Notes under the pieces: generated by a model
What the model was told of the DNA's origin: nothing
What the model saw: only the letters and a program-made list of their open reading frames with translations
The model's database searches: none
Source of the DNA: an uncultured delta proteobacterium
Lineage (GTDB): Bacteria; Myxococcota_A; UBA9160; UBA4427
Reading direction: 5' to 3'
DNA: 64,000 nucleotides
NCBI GenBank assembly: GCA_963822965.1
Contig: CAWGJT010000015.1
Coordinates: 32,001-96,000 of the forward strand
Translations under genes and position numbers: made by a program
Part shown: one piece after another, positions 29,660-38,473 of the stretch
How the letters are laid out: each line of letters begins with the position of its first letter
How positions within the stretch are numbered: the stretch's first letter is position 1

Positions 29660-31582
29660 GTGAACTCCGTCGCATCCAGCGGCTTCCCCCGAGAAGCGAT
29701 CGAGGCGTGCCTCGATCGAATCGCTGCGAGCCGGCACTTCGTGCGCTCGCGCAGACTCAGCCGGTTCCTGCGCTTCACCGTCGAGGCGCTCCTCGAGGGC
29801 CGGTCGGGCGAGCTGAAGGAACGGACCATCGGGGTCGAGGTGTACCACCGAGCCCTCGAGTACGATCCGCGCCTCGACCCGATCGTGCGGTCCGAGGCAC
29901 ACCGCCTGCGGACCCGGCTCGCGGCCTACTACGCCGCCGAGGGATCGGCCGATCCGATCGTGGTCGACTACCCCAAGGGAAGCTACGTCCCCGGGCTGGG
30001 CCCGAACCCGTCCGATCCGGAGCACGGACTCCCCGGATGCCGCCTCGTCGTGGCGGGCTTCGAGGACCACAGCCCCGGCGGCCGGAGTGCCGCCCAGGCC
30101 CGCGCGATGGGAGACGCACTTCGCTCCCGCCTCGCGGTCCAGCCCGGAGTGCGGGTGCTGTACCGGGCCTCGGGGGCGCCAGGCGCCCAGCATGCCGGCT
30201 CCCATCTGGACGCGGACTACCGGGTGGACGGCACCTTCGACCGCCGCGACGGTCGCTGCGAAGTGACCGCGCGGCTCGCGCGGCTTGCCGACGGGCAACG
30301 AGTCTGGTCCCAGACCGAGCGGTTCGCGCCGAGGCGGGCGGCCGAGGTGCCGGAGATCCTGGCCGAGCAGCTGGCGGCCGCGATCGGCGCCACCGTGATG
30401 CGGAGGGCGAGCCCCGCCCAGCCGGCGACGGCCCGCGCGCACGATCTCTACGTGAAGGGCCGTCACAGCGTCATGCAGTACGGGAACACGCTCGATCCGC
30501 GCCATCTCGAGCCGGCACGGCGCCGATTGCGAGCCGCGATCGAGCACGAGCCCGACTACGTGGACGCTCTGGCCGAGCTCGCCAACCTCGAGCTGATGCA
30601 CCTGTATCCGCCCCGCAGCGATGCCTCGCACGTCCTCACCAGCGCACGCGGGGTCCTGGAGCGCGCGCTCGCCGCCGAGCCTCGTCACGCCCGCAGCCTG
30701 TACCTGCTCGGGCACATCGCGGGAAGCACGGGTCGACACCTCGAGGCCCTGCGCCTGACCGAGTCGGCGGTGGCGATCGATCCGGACGATCCGGAGGGCC
30801 GTACCATGCTGGCCGTCCGCTACACGAGCCTCGGCTTCTGGGAGTCGGCGGTAGCGGCCTGCGACTGGGCCCTGGCGCTGGACCCGGTCTGGGACGCCCC
30901 ACACCGGATCAAGGCCTACCTGCTCACGCGGATGGGGCGGCCCGAGGACACGCGCATCGCAATCGCCGACCTGGCGAACCACGGCACGTCGCCGCCCGAG
31001 GTCGCGATGGCTCGCTTCGACCTGCTCATCGCCGAAGGGCGCTTCGCGAGCGCCCGGGCGGAGCTCGAGAGCGCGGAGTCCACGTTCCCGCTGCGACCCG
31101 ATCTGGAGGACCGGCGAGAGATCGCCCTGGCGCTGGCCCGGGCGCTGGAGGGGAGCCACCGGGATGCTCGCCGCACCCTGGAGTCCCACCGCAGCGACGG
31201 GTTCCGCTTCTGGGACCACACCATCCGGCTTGCCCTCGTGCTCGGGGAAGGGGACCTCGCACGGGAGCTCTTCCTCGGCAACCCGATCAACGGGAGCTAC
31301 CGCTGGCTCGCGACCGAGGAGCTCGCCCGGTCCCACCTCCGGTGCCCCGGGTGGCAGGCGGTCGTCGAGGAGCGTCACGAGCGCTGGCAGCGGGATCTCG
31401 CGACGGTGGGCCCTCGCCTCCCCGCCGCTCCTCCGTCCCTTCCGAAGCCCGCCGATCTGCTCCAGGCCGGCAGCCGGGCGCCCGCCCGGAGCGCCTCGGC
31501 CAGCCCCGCCCGACGCCCGCGAGACGCCCACCCGGCTCCGGGACGGCTCGGACGCGCGCATCCTTCGGGCCGCCAGCCCTAG
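29660..31582 (+). CDS. TPR protein with N-terminal regulatory-type domain and TolB-N-like domain
   Basis: SRRLSRFLRFTVE...LKERTIGVEVY...DPIVRSEAHRLRTRL..YY...PKGSYVP, then ADYRVDGTF and TPR-like AHDLYVKGR, AIEHEPDYVDA. Confidence 0.75.
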   Translation: MNSVASSGFPREAIEACLDRIAASRHFVRSRRLSRFLRFTVEALLEGRSGELKERTIGVEVYHRALEYDPRLDPIVRSEAHRLRTRLAAYYAAEGSADPIVVDYPKGSYVPGLGPNPSDPEHGLPGCRLVVAGFEDHSPGGRSAAQARAMGDALRSRLAVQPGVRVLYRASGAPGAQHAGSHLDADYRVDGTFDRRDGRCEVTARLARLADGQRVWSQTERFAPRRAAEVPEILAEQLAAAIGATVMRRASPAQPATARAHDLYVKGRHSVMQYGNTLDPRHLEPARRRLRAAIEHEPDYVDALAELANLELMHLYPPRSDASHVLTSARGVLERALAAEPRHARSLYLLGHIAGSTGRHLEALRLTESAVAIDPDDPEGRTMLAVRYTSLGFWESAVAACDWALALDPVWDAPHRIKAYLLTRMGRPEDTRIAIADLANHGTSPPEVAMARFDLLIAEGRFASARAELESAESTFPLRPDLEDRREIALALARALEGSHRDARRTLESHRSDGFRFWDHTIRLALVLGEGDLARELFLGNPINGSYRWLATEELARSHLRCPGWQAVVEERHERWQRDLATVGPRLPAAPPSLPKPADLLQAGSRAPARSASASPARRPRDAHPAPGRLGRAHPSGRQP

Positions 31583-32328
31583 CCCGCTCGTGGGACCCGC
31601 CGCCCGGCCGCCGCGTTCCGGCGATGGGCGGTGCGCTCGCGGCCCGGACGCTGGCGCGCCTCCCCCGCGATCATGCTGCCCTGCAGCCAGCTCCGGAACG
31701 CGCGCCGCAGCTCGCGCGGGCCTTCCAGCCGGATGCGGCGGGCCGCCAGCTCGGCGTCGAGGGAACGGATGCCCCGCCACGCCTCCACGAAGCGCCGCAG
31801 ATCGGACGAGACCCGCAGATCGACCTCGTGTCCCGGGTGCTTGATGCAGACGTCGAGCCGGTCGCCGCGCTTCAGGAGCCAGAAGCGCGTGCAGAAGCGG
31901 CGCGGTACCCCTGTGAACTCGAACTCGACCAACACCTTGCCCGGCGGCATGCGCGCCACGTCCATGCGGTTGTGCATGCTCCAGGCCAGGAACTCGGGAT
32001 CGAGGTCGTCGGACTCCATGTCGCGCGCCCAGCGCTGCCCCCACAGCGCGAGGTCCATCAGGATGGGCTCGAGCTCCTTGCCGGCCGGCGTGATGCGATA
32101 CTCGACGCCCGAGGCGCTCCTCTCGCTGCGCTCGACGAGGCCGGCGTCTTCCAGGGCCCGCAGCCGCGCGGTGAGGGTCGAGGGCGAGATCTTCGGCAGC
32201 GCGCGCTGCAGGTCGTTGAAGCGCGTCACGCCCTCGATCACCTGCATCACCACGAGCATGGTCCAGCGCTCGCCGAGCAGCTCGGTGGCGAGCGAGAGCG
32301 GGCAGTATTGTCCGTAGCGGCTGGCCAC
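31579..32328 (-). CDS. HxlR-family winged-helix regulator with C-terminal SCP2-like domain
   Basis: YGQYCPLSLATELLGERWT, RFNDLQRALP.IS...L..RLR.LE.AG, EY..T.AG.EL. Confidence 0.9.
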   Translation of the reverse strand: MASRYGQYCPLSLATELLGERWTMLVVMQVIEGVTRFNDLQRALPKISPSTLTARLRALEDAGLVERSERSASGVEYRITPAGKELEPILMDLALWGQRWARDMESDDLDPEFLAWSMHNRMDVARMPPGKVLVEFEFTGVPRRFCTRFWLLKRGDRLDVCIKHPGHEVDLRVSSDLRRFVEAWRGIRSLDAELAARRIRLEGPRELRRAFRSWLQGSMIAGEARQRPGRERTAHRRNAAAGRRVPRAG

Positions 32329-32437
32329 CGCTCCAGTGTCCCCGCCGCCCGGCGAGCACGCAACTACGAAGATCGTAGTGGCCCGCCGAGCCGTCCCGAC
32401 CTACAACCGGGTGGAGCCCGCACCGGAGGAGCTGACC

Positions 32438-33574
32438 ATGCAATCGACCCTGGCCCGGGCCGCTGCGGCGATGGGGCCTCTCGTCTGGAAGCATCGCGCC
32501 GACACCGAGGCGGAACGCCGGCTCGCGCCGGCGATCGTCGACGCGCTCATCGACTCGGAACTGTGTCGCATGGGTCTGCCTCCCGAGCAGGCGGGCCCGG
32601 ACGCCCACCCGGTGGACTGGCTCGCCGCCCTCGAGACCCTCGCGAGCTTCGAGGCCTCGGTGCCCTGGATCGCCTGGAACAACGCGCTGGCCGGGATGCT
32701 GGCCCGCTTCCTCGGCGACGACGCGCGGGCGGAGATCTTCCGCAATCCGCGCTGGCTCTACGCCCAGTCCACGCGTCCGAGCGGCACCGCCGTGCCCGAG
32801 GGAGACGGCTTCCGGGTCTCGGGTCGCTGGTCGCTGGTCTCGGGCTGCGAGCTGGCCGACTGGCTGCTGCTCCTGTGCACCGTCCCAGGCGAAGACACGA
32901 CCCCCGGCGAAGACGCGACCCGCTTCTGCTTCGTGCCCCGGGAGGCGGTGGAGATCCTGGACACCTGGCACGTGGGCGGGCTGCGCGGAACCGGGAGCCA
33001 CGACGTCGTGGTGCGCGACTGCGTCGTGCCCCGCACGCGGTCCCTCGTCCCGAGCGACGCCTCGACCGCTCCGGGGGCCATCGGCCGGGTCCCCATCTTC
33101 TGCCTGGTGGGGGCGGGGTTCGCGGCGCAGACCCTGGGCGTCGCCCGCGCCACCCTCGACGCCGTCATGGAGACGACGGCCGGTCGGATCGTGCCGGTCC
33201 CCGGGCCGGAGCTGCGACCTCTTCTGGCGGATCTGGCGCGATGCCGGGTGGCGCTCCAGGCCGGAGGAGCGCGGCTGCACGCGGCCACGGCGCGGATCTG
33301 GGAGCTTGCGGGAGCAGGCGAGGACCCGACGCCGGTGGAGATCGCGGACCTCCACGCTGCGGGGCACCACGCCAGCGAGCACGCGCGCCGCACCGTGGAC
33401 GCCATGTACGCGGCAGCGGGAACCCGCGCGCTCTACACGGATTCGCCCCTCGAACGCGCCCACCGCGACCTCCACGCGATGCTCCGGCACATCGTGGCGC
33501 AGCCCGTCTGGCTCGAAGACGCGGGGCGCGTGCTGGTGGGGCTCGCGCCGGAGAGTCCCCTCTTCCTGCTGTAG
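32438..33574 (+). CDS. Acyl-CoA dehydrogenase-like flavin-dependent monooxygenase (HsaA type)
   Basis: SGRWSLVSGC, DTWHVGGLRGTGSHDV, SPLERAHRD. Internal 18-bp duplication at 32885-32920 (PGEDTT/PGEDAT). Confidence 0.85.
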   Translation: MQSTLARAAAAMGPLVWKHRADTEAERRLAPAIVDALIDSELCRMGLPPEQAGPDAHPVDWLAALETLASFEASVPWIAWNNALAGMLARFLGDDARAEIFRNPRWLYAQSTRPSGTAVPEGDGFRVSGRWSLVSGCELADWLLLLCTVPGEDTTPGEDATRFCFVPREAVEILDTWHVGGLRGTGSHDVVVRDCVVPRTRSLVPSDASTAPGAIGRVPIFCLVGAGFAAQTLGVARATLDAVMETTAGRIVPVPGPELRPLLADLARCRVALQAGGARLHAATARIWELAGAGEDPTPVEIADLHAAGHHASEHARRTVDAMYAAAGTRALYTDSPLERAHRDLHAMLRHIVAQPVWLEDAGRVLVGLAPESPLFLL

Positions 33575-33736
33575 CGGGGCTCACCGCCTTCGGGGACGTC
33601 GACGGCGAGGGCTTCGCGCCGGCGCACCCGGCATCCTGCGACCCGAACGGGCCGCGGGGTGCTCCAACAAACAACGCTTTCCCGTGGATCGGCATCGCCC
33701 GGCGTGTGAAAATAACGTTCCGGGAAGACGCCGATC

Positions 33737-35281
33737 GTGAAGCTCCGACCCTCTTGGTGCGCCGCCCTCGTAGTCGCCTCCGGGCTGCTCTACGCCGCGC
33801 TGTTGCCTCCGTTCGCGCAGTCGTGGCTCGCCTGGGTCGCGCTCGCGCCCCTGCTGGTGGTGCTGGCCTCCACGTCTCCGTGGCGCGGGTTCGGCTACGG
33901 GCTGCTGTGGGCACTGACGGCGACCGTGGCCGTGGCCTGGTGGTTTCCGGCGATGCTGGAGCGCTACTTCGACCTGCCCGCCGGGCTGGCCTGGGCAGGG
34001 CTCCTCGGTCTGGGCCTGCTGGTGGACGGGCTGCCCTACGCGGGCTTCGGCATGTGGATGGGCTGGGCGGCCCGGCGTGGCCGCCTCGGTCCGCTGAGCG
34101 TCGCGTGCGCCTGGACCGTCGCGGAGTGGATCCGGGCGAATGGAATCGTCGCCAACCCCTTCGCCCAGCTGGCGTACTCCCAGTACGGGACCCCCATTGC
34201 ACAGACGGCGGATCTCGCGGGGCCCTATGGCGTGGGCCTGCTGATCGTGGCGGGCAACGCCGCGCTCGCCGGGCTCGTGCTGCCGGCGCTCGGCGGCCCC
34301 CGCCCGCTGCGCCGCGCGGCCGGCGTGGCCTGCGCGGTCGCGCTGGCGCTCGCCTACGCAGATGTGCGCCTGCAGCAGGACTTCGGTCACGGCGAGACGC
34401 TTCGGGTCGCCCTCGTGCAGGGCGCCGTGGCGCGCGAGCTCGAGTGGGACCGCGCCTCGCGCGACCGGAACCTCGACCGCTATCTCGAGCTCACCCGGGA
34501 ATCCGCCGCCTACGCACCGGACGTCGTCTTCTGGCCGGAGTTCGCCGTCGACTTCTATCTCAGCGAGCCCACGGTGCAGCGGGCCCGGCTGCTGGACGGC
34601 GTGCGGAACGTGGGCGCGGACCTGGTGCTGGGCGGCTCGTCCTATCGCTTCCGCTCCGCGCCCGACGGGAGCCCCGCCGGCACCGACTACCTGAACTCGG
34701 TCTTCGTGGTGGACGCCCGGGGACGTCTGCGGACCGATCGCTACGACAAGCGCCGCCTCGTTCCCTTCGCCGAGTACGGCCCGCTCGGCGAAGGCCTGCG
34801 CGCGAAGACCGCCGTCTACGTGCCGGGCGGGGAGCCGGCGCTGCTGCGTGCCCACGGCCTGCCGCTGGGCGCGTTCATCTGCGGCGAGGCCCTGTATCCC
34901 GAGATCGCGCGCGGGCTCGCGAACGCCGGCGCACAGATCCTCACGAACCCGTCGAACGACTACTGGTTCGGCCACCCTCAGGCGGCGGCCCACCAGCTGC
35001 AGGTGGCGTCCTTTCGAGCCATCGAGAACCGACGCTACCTGGTGCGCCCCACCTCCACGGGCATCAGCGCGGTGGTCGATCCGCACGGTCGCGCCCTGAC
35101 CCGCAGCCGCGGCCAGGGCCCGGAGGTGCTGCACGCCGAGCTGCGTCCCTCCTCGGCGGTCACGCCCTACCAGCGCATCGGCGACCTGCCCGTCGTGGCG
35201 GCGGCGGGCGTCGTCGCCGCCAGCCTGTGGCGCGGACGCCGGCGACATCCCTCTGGAACCTCACCAGGAGACAAGTCATGA
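33737..35281 (+). CDS. lnt: Apolipoprotein N-acyltransferase-like protein
   Basis: Multiple TM helices plus nitrilase triad FWPE, YDKRRLVPFAEY, FICGE; SNDYWFG, RAIENRR, TGISAVVDPHG. Confidence 0.85.
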   Translation: MKLRPSWCAALVVASGLLYAALLPPFAQSWLAWVALAPLLVVLASTSPWRGFGYGLLWALTATVAVAWWFPAMLERYFDLPAGLAWAGLLGLGLLVDGLPYAGFGMWMGWAARRGRLGPLSVACAWTVAEWIRANGIVANPFAQLAYSQYGTPIAQTADLAGPYGVGLLIVAGNAALAGLVLPALGGPRPLRRAAGVACAVALALAYADVRLQQDFGHGETLRVALVQGAVARELEWDRASRDRNLDRYLELTRESAAYAPDVVFWPEFAVDFYLSEPTVQRARLLDGVRNVGADLVLGGSSYRFRSAPDGSPAGTDYLNSVFVVDARGRLRTDRYDKRRLVPFAEYGPLGEGLRAKTAVYVPGGEPALLRAHGLPLGAFICGEALYPEIARGLANAGAQILTNPSNDYWFGHPQAAAHQLQVASFRAIENRRYLVRPTSTGISAVVDPHGRALTRSRGQGPEVLHAELRPSSAVTPYQRIGDLPVVAAAGVVAASLWRGRRRHPSGTSPGDKS

Positions 35282-36093
35282 CCCGACCCAATCGAGGCGC
35301 CCTCGTGGCGGCCCTGGCCGTGCTCGTCGCGTGGCCGGCCGCGGCCTTCAACCCCGGTACGGACAGCCGCGCCGAAGCGACGGCGACGACGGCCGGGACG
35401 ACGACCGTCTGCGAGAACGGAAGCAACGACGGCAGCGTCTGCGCCGATTCCGTCGACTGCACCGGCGGCGGCACCTGCACGAACGTCGCCGACGTCAGCG
35501 TGGTGGCCCGCGGCTTCCTCACCCTCGTCACCGACACCCAGCCCCCGAACCAGGGCTGGGCCGACACGAGCTACCCCAGCCCGTGCAGCGAACCTTCGGC
35601 GAGCACGCCGTCGGACTGCGAGCAGAAGGACAACAGCCTTCTCACCCTGGTGCTCGAGTTCACCTTGAACGGCAAGCAGTATCTCTTTGCCGAGAGCTTC
35701 AAGCAGCTGCCGGACGGCGGGAGCTGCTCGTTCCCGCCGTGCGACTTCACGATCCCCAACTGGTCGATCGGCGGCGGGAGCCAGGCGGGCTGGAGCCAGC
35801 CCGCGGTGGAGAGCATCCTGGCGGAGACGGCCGCGGATTTCGCCAACGACGTGGTCCGCATCCGCTGGGGAGGCCTGCCGCCGGCGGTGGAGAACGCCGT
35901 GGGTGCGGTGGTGGGCAAGTCGTCGAGCCAACGCATCGCGCTGTCACGCACCGACGAGGTGCCGATCTGCACCGACGCCGTGCCCTGCCATCACGGGCCC
36001 CGCAACGACCGCTTCTCGGACCACTCGAGCGGAACCGACGTGCTGGCCACCGTGCGGCGCTACAAGGTCGACGTCGCGGTCGTCGGTCCCTGA
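35278..36093 (+). CDS. Secreted Cys-rich hypothetical protein
   Basis: ATGA overlap with lnt, SD AGGAG, signal peptide ...AWPAAA, motif CENGSNDGSVCADSVDCTGGGTC. Confidence 0.75.
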   Translation: MTRPNRGALVAALAVLVAWPAAAFNPGTDSRAEATATTAGTTTVCENGSNDGSVCADSVDCTGGGTCTNVADVSVVARGFLTLVTDTQPPNQGWADTSYPSPCSEPSASTPSDCEQKDNSLLTLVLEFTLNGKQYLFAESFKQLPDGGSCSFPPCDFTIPNWSIGGGSQAGWSQPAVESILAETAADFANDVVRIRWGGLPPAVENAVGAVVGKSSSQRIALSRTDEVPICTDAVPCHHGPRNDRFSDHSSGTDVLATVRRYKVDVAVVGP

Positions 36094-36106
36094 GGCTCGC
36101 GCTCCC

Positions 36107-38473
36107 GTGAACGGCAGCCGTAAGCTCGACGCGATCCTGCTCGCCACGCTCAGCGGCGTGTGGTGCGTGTGCTTCCTGCTGCATCTGAATCAGCTGGCGC
36201 GAGGCGGTCTCGCCTGGGTCCCGATCTACGTGGACGCCGCGCCGGCCCCCGACGCCTACCCGACCGTCCGCGACTTCTGGCCCGGGACGAAGTCCCTGTC
36301 GCCCGGTCTGCGAAGGGGAGACCGGCTCGCGTCGGCCGGAGGTCGGGATCTCGCGGGAGCGCAGCGCCTCGACGTGATCGACGCCCTCTACGCCGCGCCG
36401 CCCCGCGAGCCCATCGGCCTGGTCGCGATCCGCGACGGCGAGCGCTTCGACACCCCGCTGATGCTCCAGTCGATCCCGTCCGCGTGGCGAAAGACCCTGG
36501 TGGCGCTGGGGTTCGCGGCCCTGGGCACCCTGGGGTTCTGGCGGGCGCGCGGAACCGCGACCGGACGCGCCTACTACCTGGCCATGATGGCCTACGCGTT
36601 CCACTGGACGGACTTCTGGGGCGGCGCGCCGGCGGTGACGAACGGCGCCATCGCCGTCTTCGGCGTCTCGACCGCGCTGACGGCGCCGCTCGCCCTGCGC
36701 GCCTTCCAGCTGTTTCCCGAGGAGTCGTCGCGACGGGGCGGCCCGGCGCGGGGGTGGCCCTGGATCTTCCTCGGGCTCGGCCCGGTCTTCACGAGCTGGG
36801 CGTTCGGCCTGCCGGTGCCGCTCCCGCACGCCAGCACCCTGGCCGTCGGGCTCGAAGCCGTCTACCTCGTGACCCTCGTCGCGCTCGTGACCGCCAACTA
36901 CCGACGCTGCGGCCCGCGCGGCCGGCGCCAGCTCAAGTGGGTGGTGCTGGGCTTCTGGGTCGGGCTCGTCCCGGTCTTCCTCACCTCGCTGCTGACGCTC
37001 GTCGCGCCGGAGCTGTGGTGGCTCTACGAGGCTTCGCTGGTGCTGTCGCTGGCGATCCCGATCTGCCTCTTCGTGGCCCTCGTCCGCTTCAACCTGTTCG
37101 ACGTGGACCGGCTGATGACCGCGGTGGCGACCTACTCGGTGATCGGAACCCTGGCCCTGGCGGGCGTGCTGCTGGTGGCGCCGCGGGCGTCCGCCGCCGC
37201 CGCCGACTGGATCGAGCCGCAGGTGAGCCAGCCCGTGCTGGCCGTCGCCCTTGCCGGCCTGGTGCTGCTGGGGCTGCGGCGGACCGACTCCCTGCTGCAG
37301 ACGCGTCTCTACCCCGAGCGGCGGGCCCTGGAGGAGGAGGCGGGCCGGCTGCGGCGCGATCTCTCGGACTGCGAGAAGCCCGCCGACCTGCTGACGGCGC
37401 TGGGCATCCGCCTGCGCGCGCTCCTGCGCCTCGAGACGGTGGCGATCTACGCGCGCAGCGACGCCGTCTTCGCGCCGGTCTTCGCCCGCGGCCCGGGCGT
37501 GATCCCCTTCTTCGAGCCGCACGGACCGCTGACCGCGCAGCTCGCAGCCTCCCGTGATCCGCTGGACCCGGTCCGCCTGCGCGGAGACGAGCTCGCGCGC
37601 GCCGACCGGGTGGCGCTCGACTCGATGGGCGTCGAGCTCGTGGTCCCCATCTCCGTCCGCGGCGAGCTGGCGGCGTTCGTGTGCCTGGGCGGCAAGGGAT
37701 CGGGCGACGTCTTCACGGCCTCGGACATCGCCCTCCTGCTGGGCCTGGCGGACAAGGCGGCCGACGAGCTCCGGCGCTTCGAGCAGGCCGAAATCGAGCG
37801 GCAGAACCGCCAGCTCGGGCAGGCCCTGCGGCGCTTCGTGCCCGGGGCCGTCGCCCGGGAGCTCGAAGAGGGCTTCCGCCTGGACCCGGGCGAGCGCGAG
37901 GTCTCGATCCTGTTCGTGGACATCCGCGGCTACACGCCCTTCTCCGAGGGCCAGCGCCCGGACACGATCTTCGCGGCGGTCAGCCAGTACACGGACCTGG
38001 TCTCGCGCGTGGTCGCCGAGCACGGGGGCTCGGTGGTCGAGTTCCACGGCGACGGGCTGATGGCGGTGTTCGGCGCGCCGCGGCCCCTGGACGAGAAGGA
38101 GCCCTGCGCGGTGCGGGCGGCGCTCGAGATCTCGCGCGCCATTCCGGAGCTCGACGTGCGCGGCGCCGACGGCAGGCTCCACCGCCTGGACGTGGGTGTG
38201 GGGATCGCGACCGGCTCCGCCTACGTGGGCCCGCTCAAGACCGCCGACCGGGCCATCTGGGTCGCCCTCGGAAACACGACGAACCTCGCGGCGCGCCTCG
38301 AAGGCACCACCCGGGATCTCGACGTATCCGTGGTCATCGACGTGCCGACCCATCGCGCCGCGGGCGCGGAAGCCCGCGACTTCGTCTCCCACCCGGCTCT
38401 ACGGGTGAAGGGGCGCAGCGCTCCCATCGACGTCTTCACCTGGTCTCGCAACGCGCAGGAGATCCGATCATGA
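36107..38473 (+). CDS. Membrane class III nucleotide cyclase (PDZ-like, multi-TM, GAF-like, cyclase domains)
   Basis: GLRRGDRL (PDZ-like), several TM helices, ELVVPISVRGELAAFVCLG.K (GAF-like), LFVDIRGYT, EFHGDGLMAVFG, GNTTNLAARLE, VKGRS. Confidence 0.88.
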   Translation: MNGSRKLDAILLATLSGVWCVCFLLHLNQLARGGLAWVPIYVDAAPAPDAYPTVRDFWPGTKSLSPGLRRGDRLASAGGRDLAGAQRLDVIDALYAAPPREPIGLVAIRDGERFDTPLMLQSIPSAWRKTLVALGFAALGTLGFWRARGTATGRAYYLAMMAYAFHWTDFWGGAPAVTNGAIAVFGVSTALTAPLALRAFQLFPEESSRRGGPARGWPWIFLGLGPVFTSWAFGLPVPLPHASTLAVGLEAVYLVTLVALVTANYRRCGPRGRRQLKWVVLGFWVGLVPVFLTSLLTLVAPELWWLYEASLVLSLAIPICLFVALVRFNLFDVDRLMTAVATYSVIGTLALAGVLLVAPRASAAAADWIEPQVSQPVLAVALAGLVLLGLRRTDSLLQTRLYPERRALEEEAGRLRRDLSDCEKPADLLTALGIRLRALLRLETVAIYARSDAVFAPVFARGPGVIPFFEPHGPLTAQLAASRDPLDPVRLRGDELARADRVALDSMGVELVVPISVRGELAAFVCLGGKGSGDVFTASDIALLLGLADKAADELRRFEQAEIERQNRQLGQALRRFVPGAVARELEEGFRLDPGEREVSILFVDIRGYTPFSEGQRPDTIFAAVSQYTDLVSRVVAEHGGSVVEFHGDGLMAVFGAPRPLDEKEPCAVRAALEISRAIPELDVRGADGRLHRLDVGVGIATGSAYVGPLKTADRAIWVALGNTTNLAARLEGTTRDLDVSVVIDVPTHRAAGAEARDFVSHPALRVKGRSAPIDVFTWSRNAQEIRS

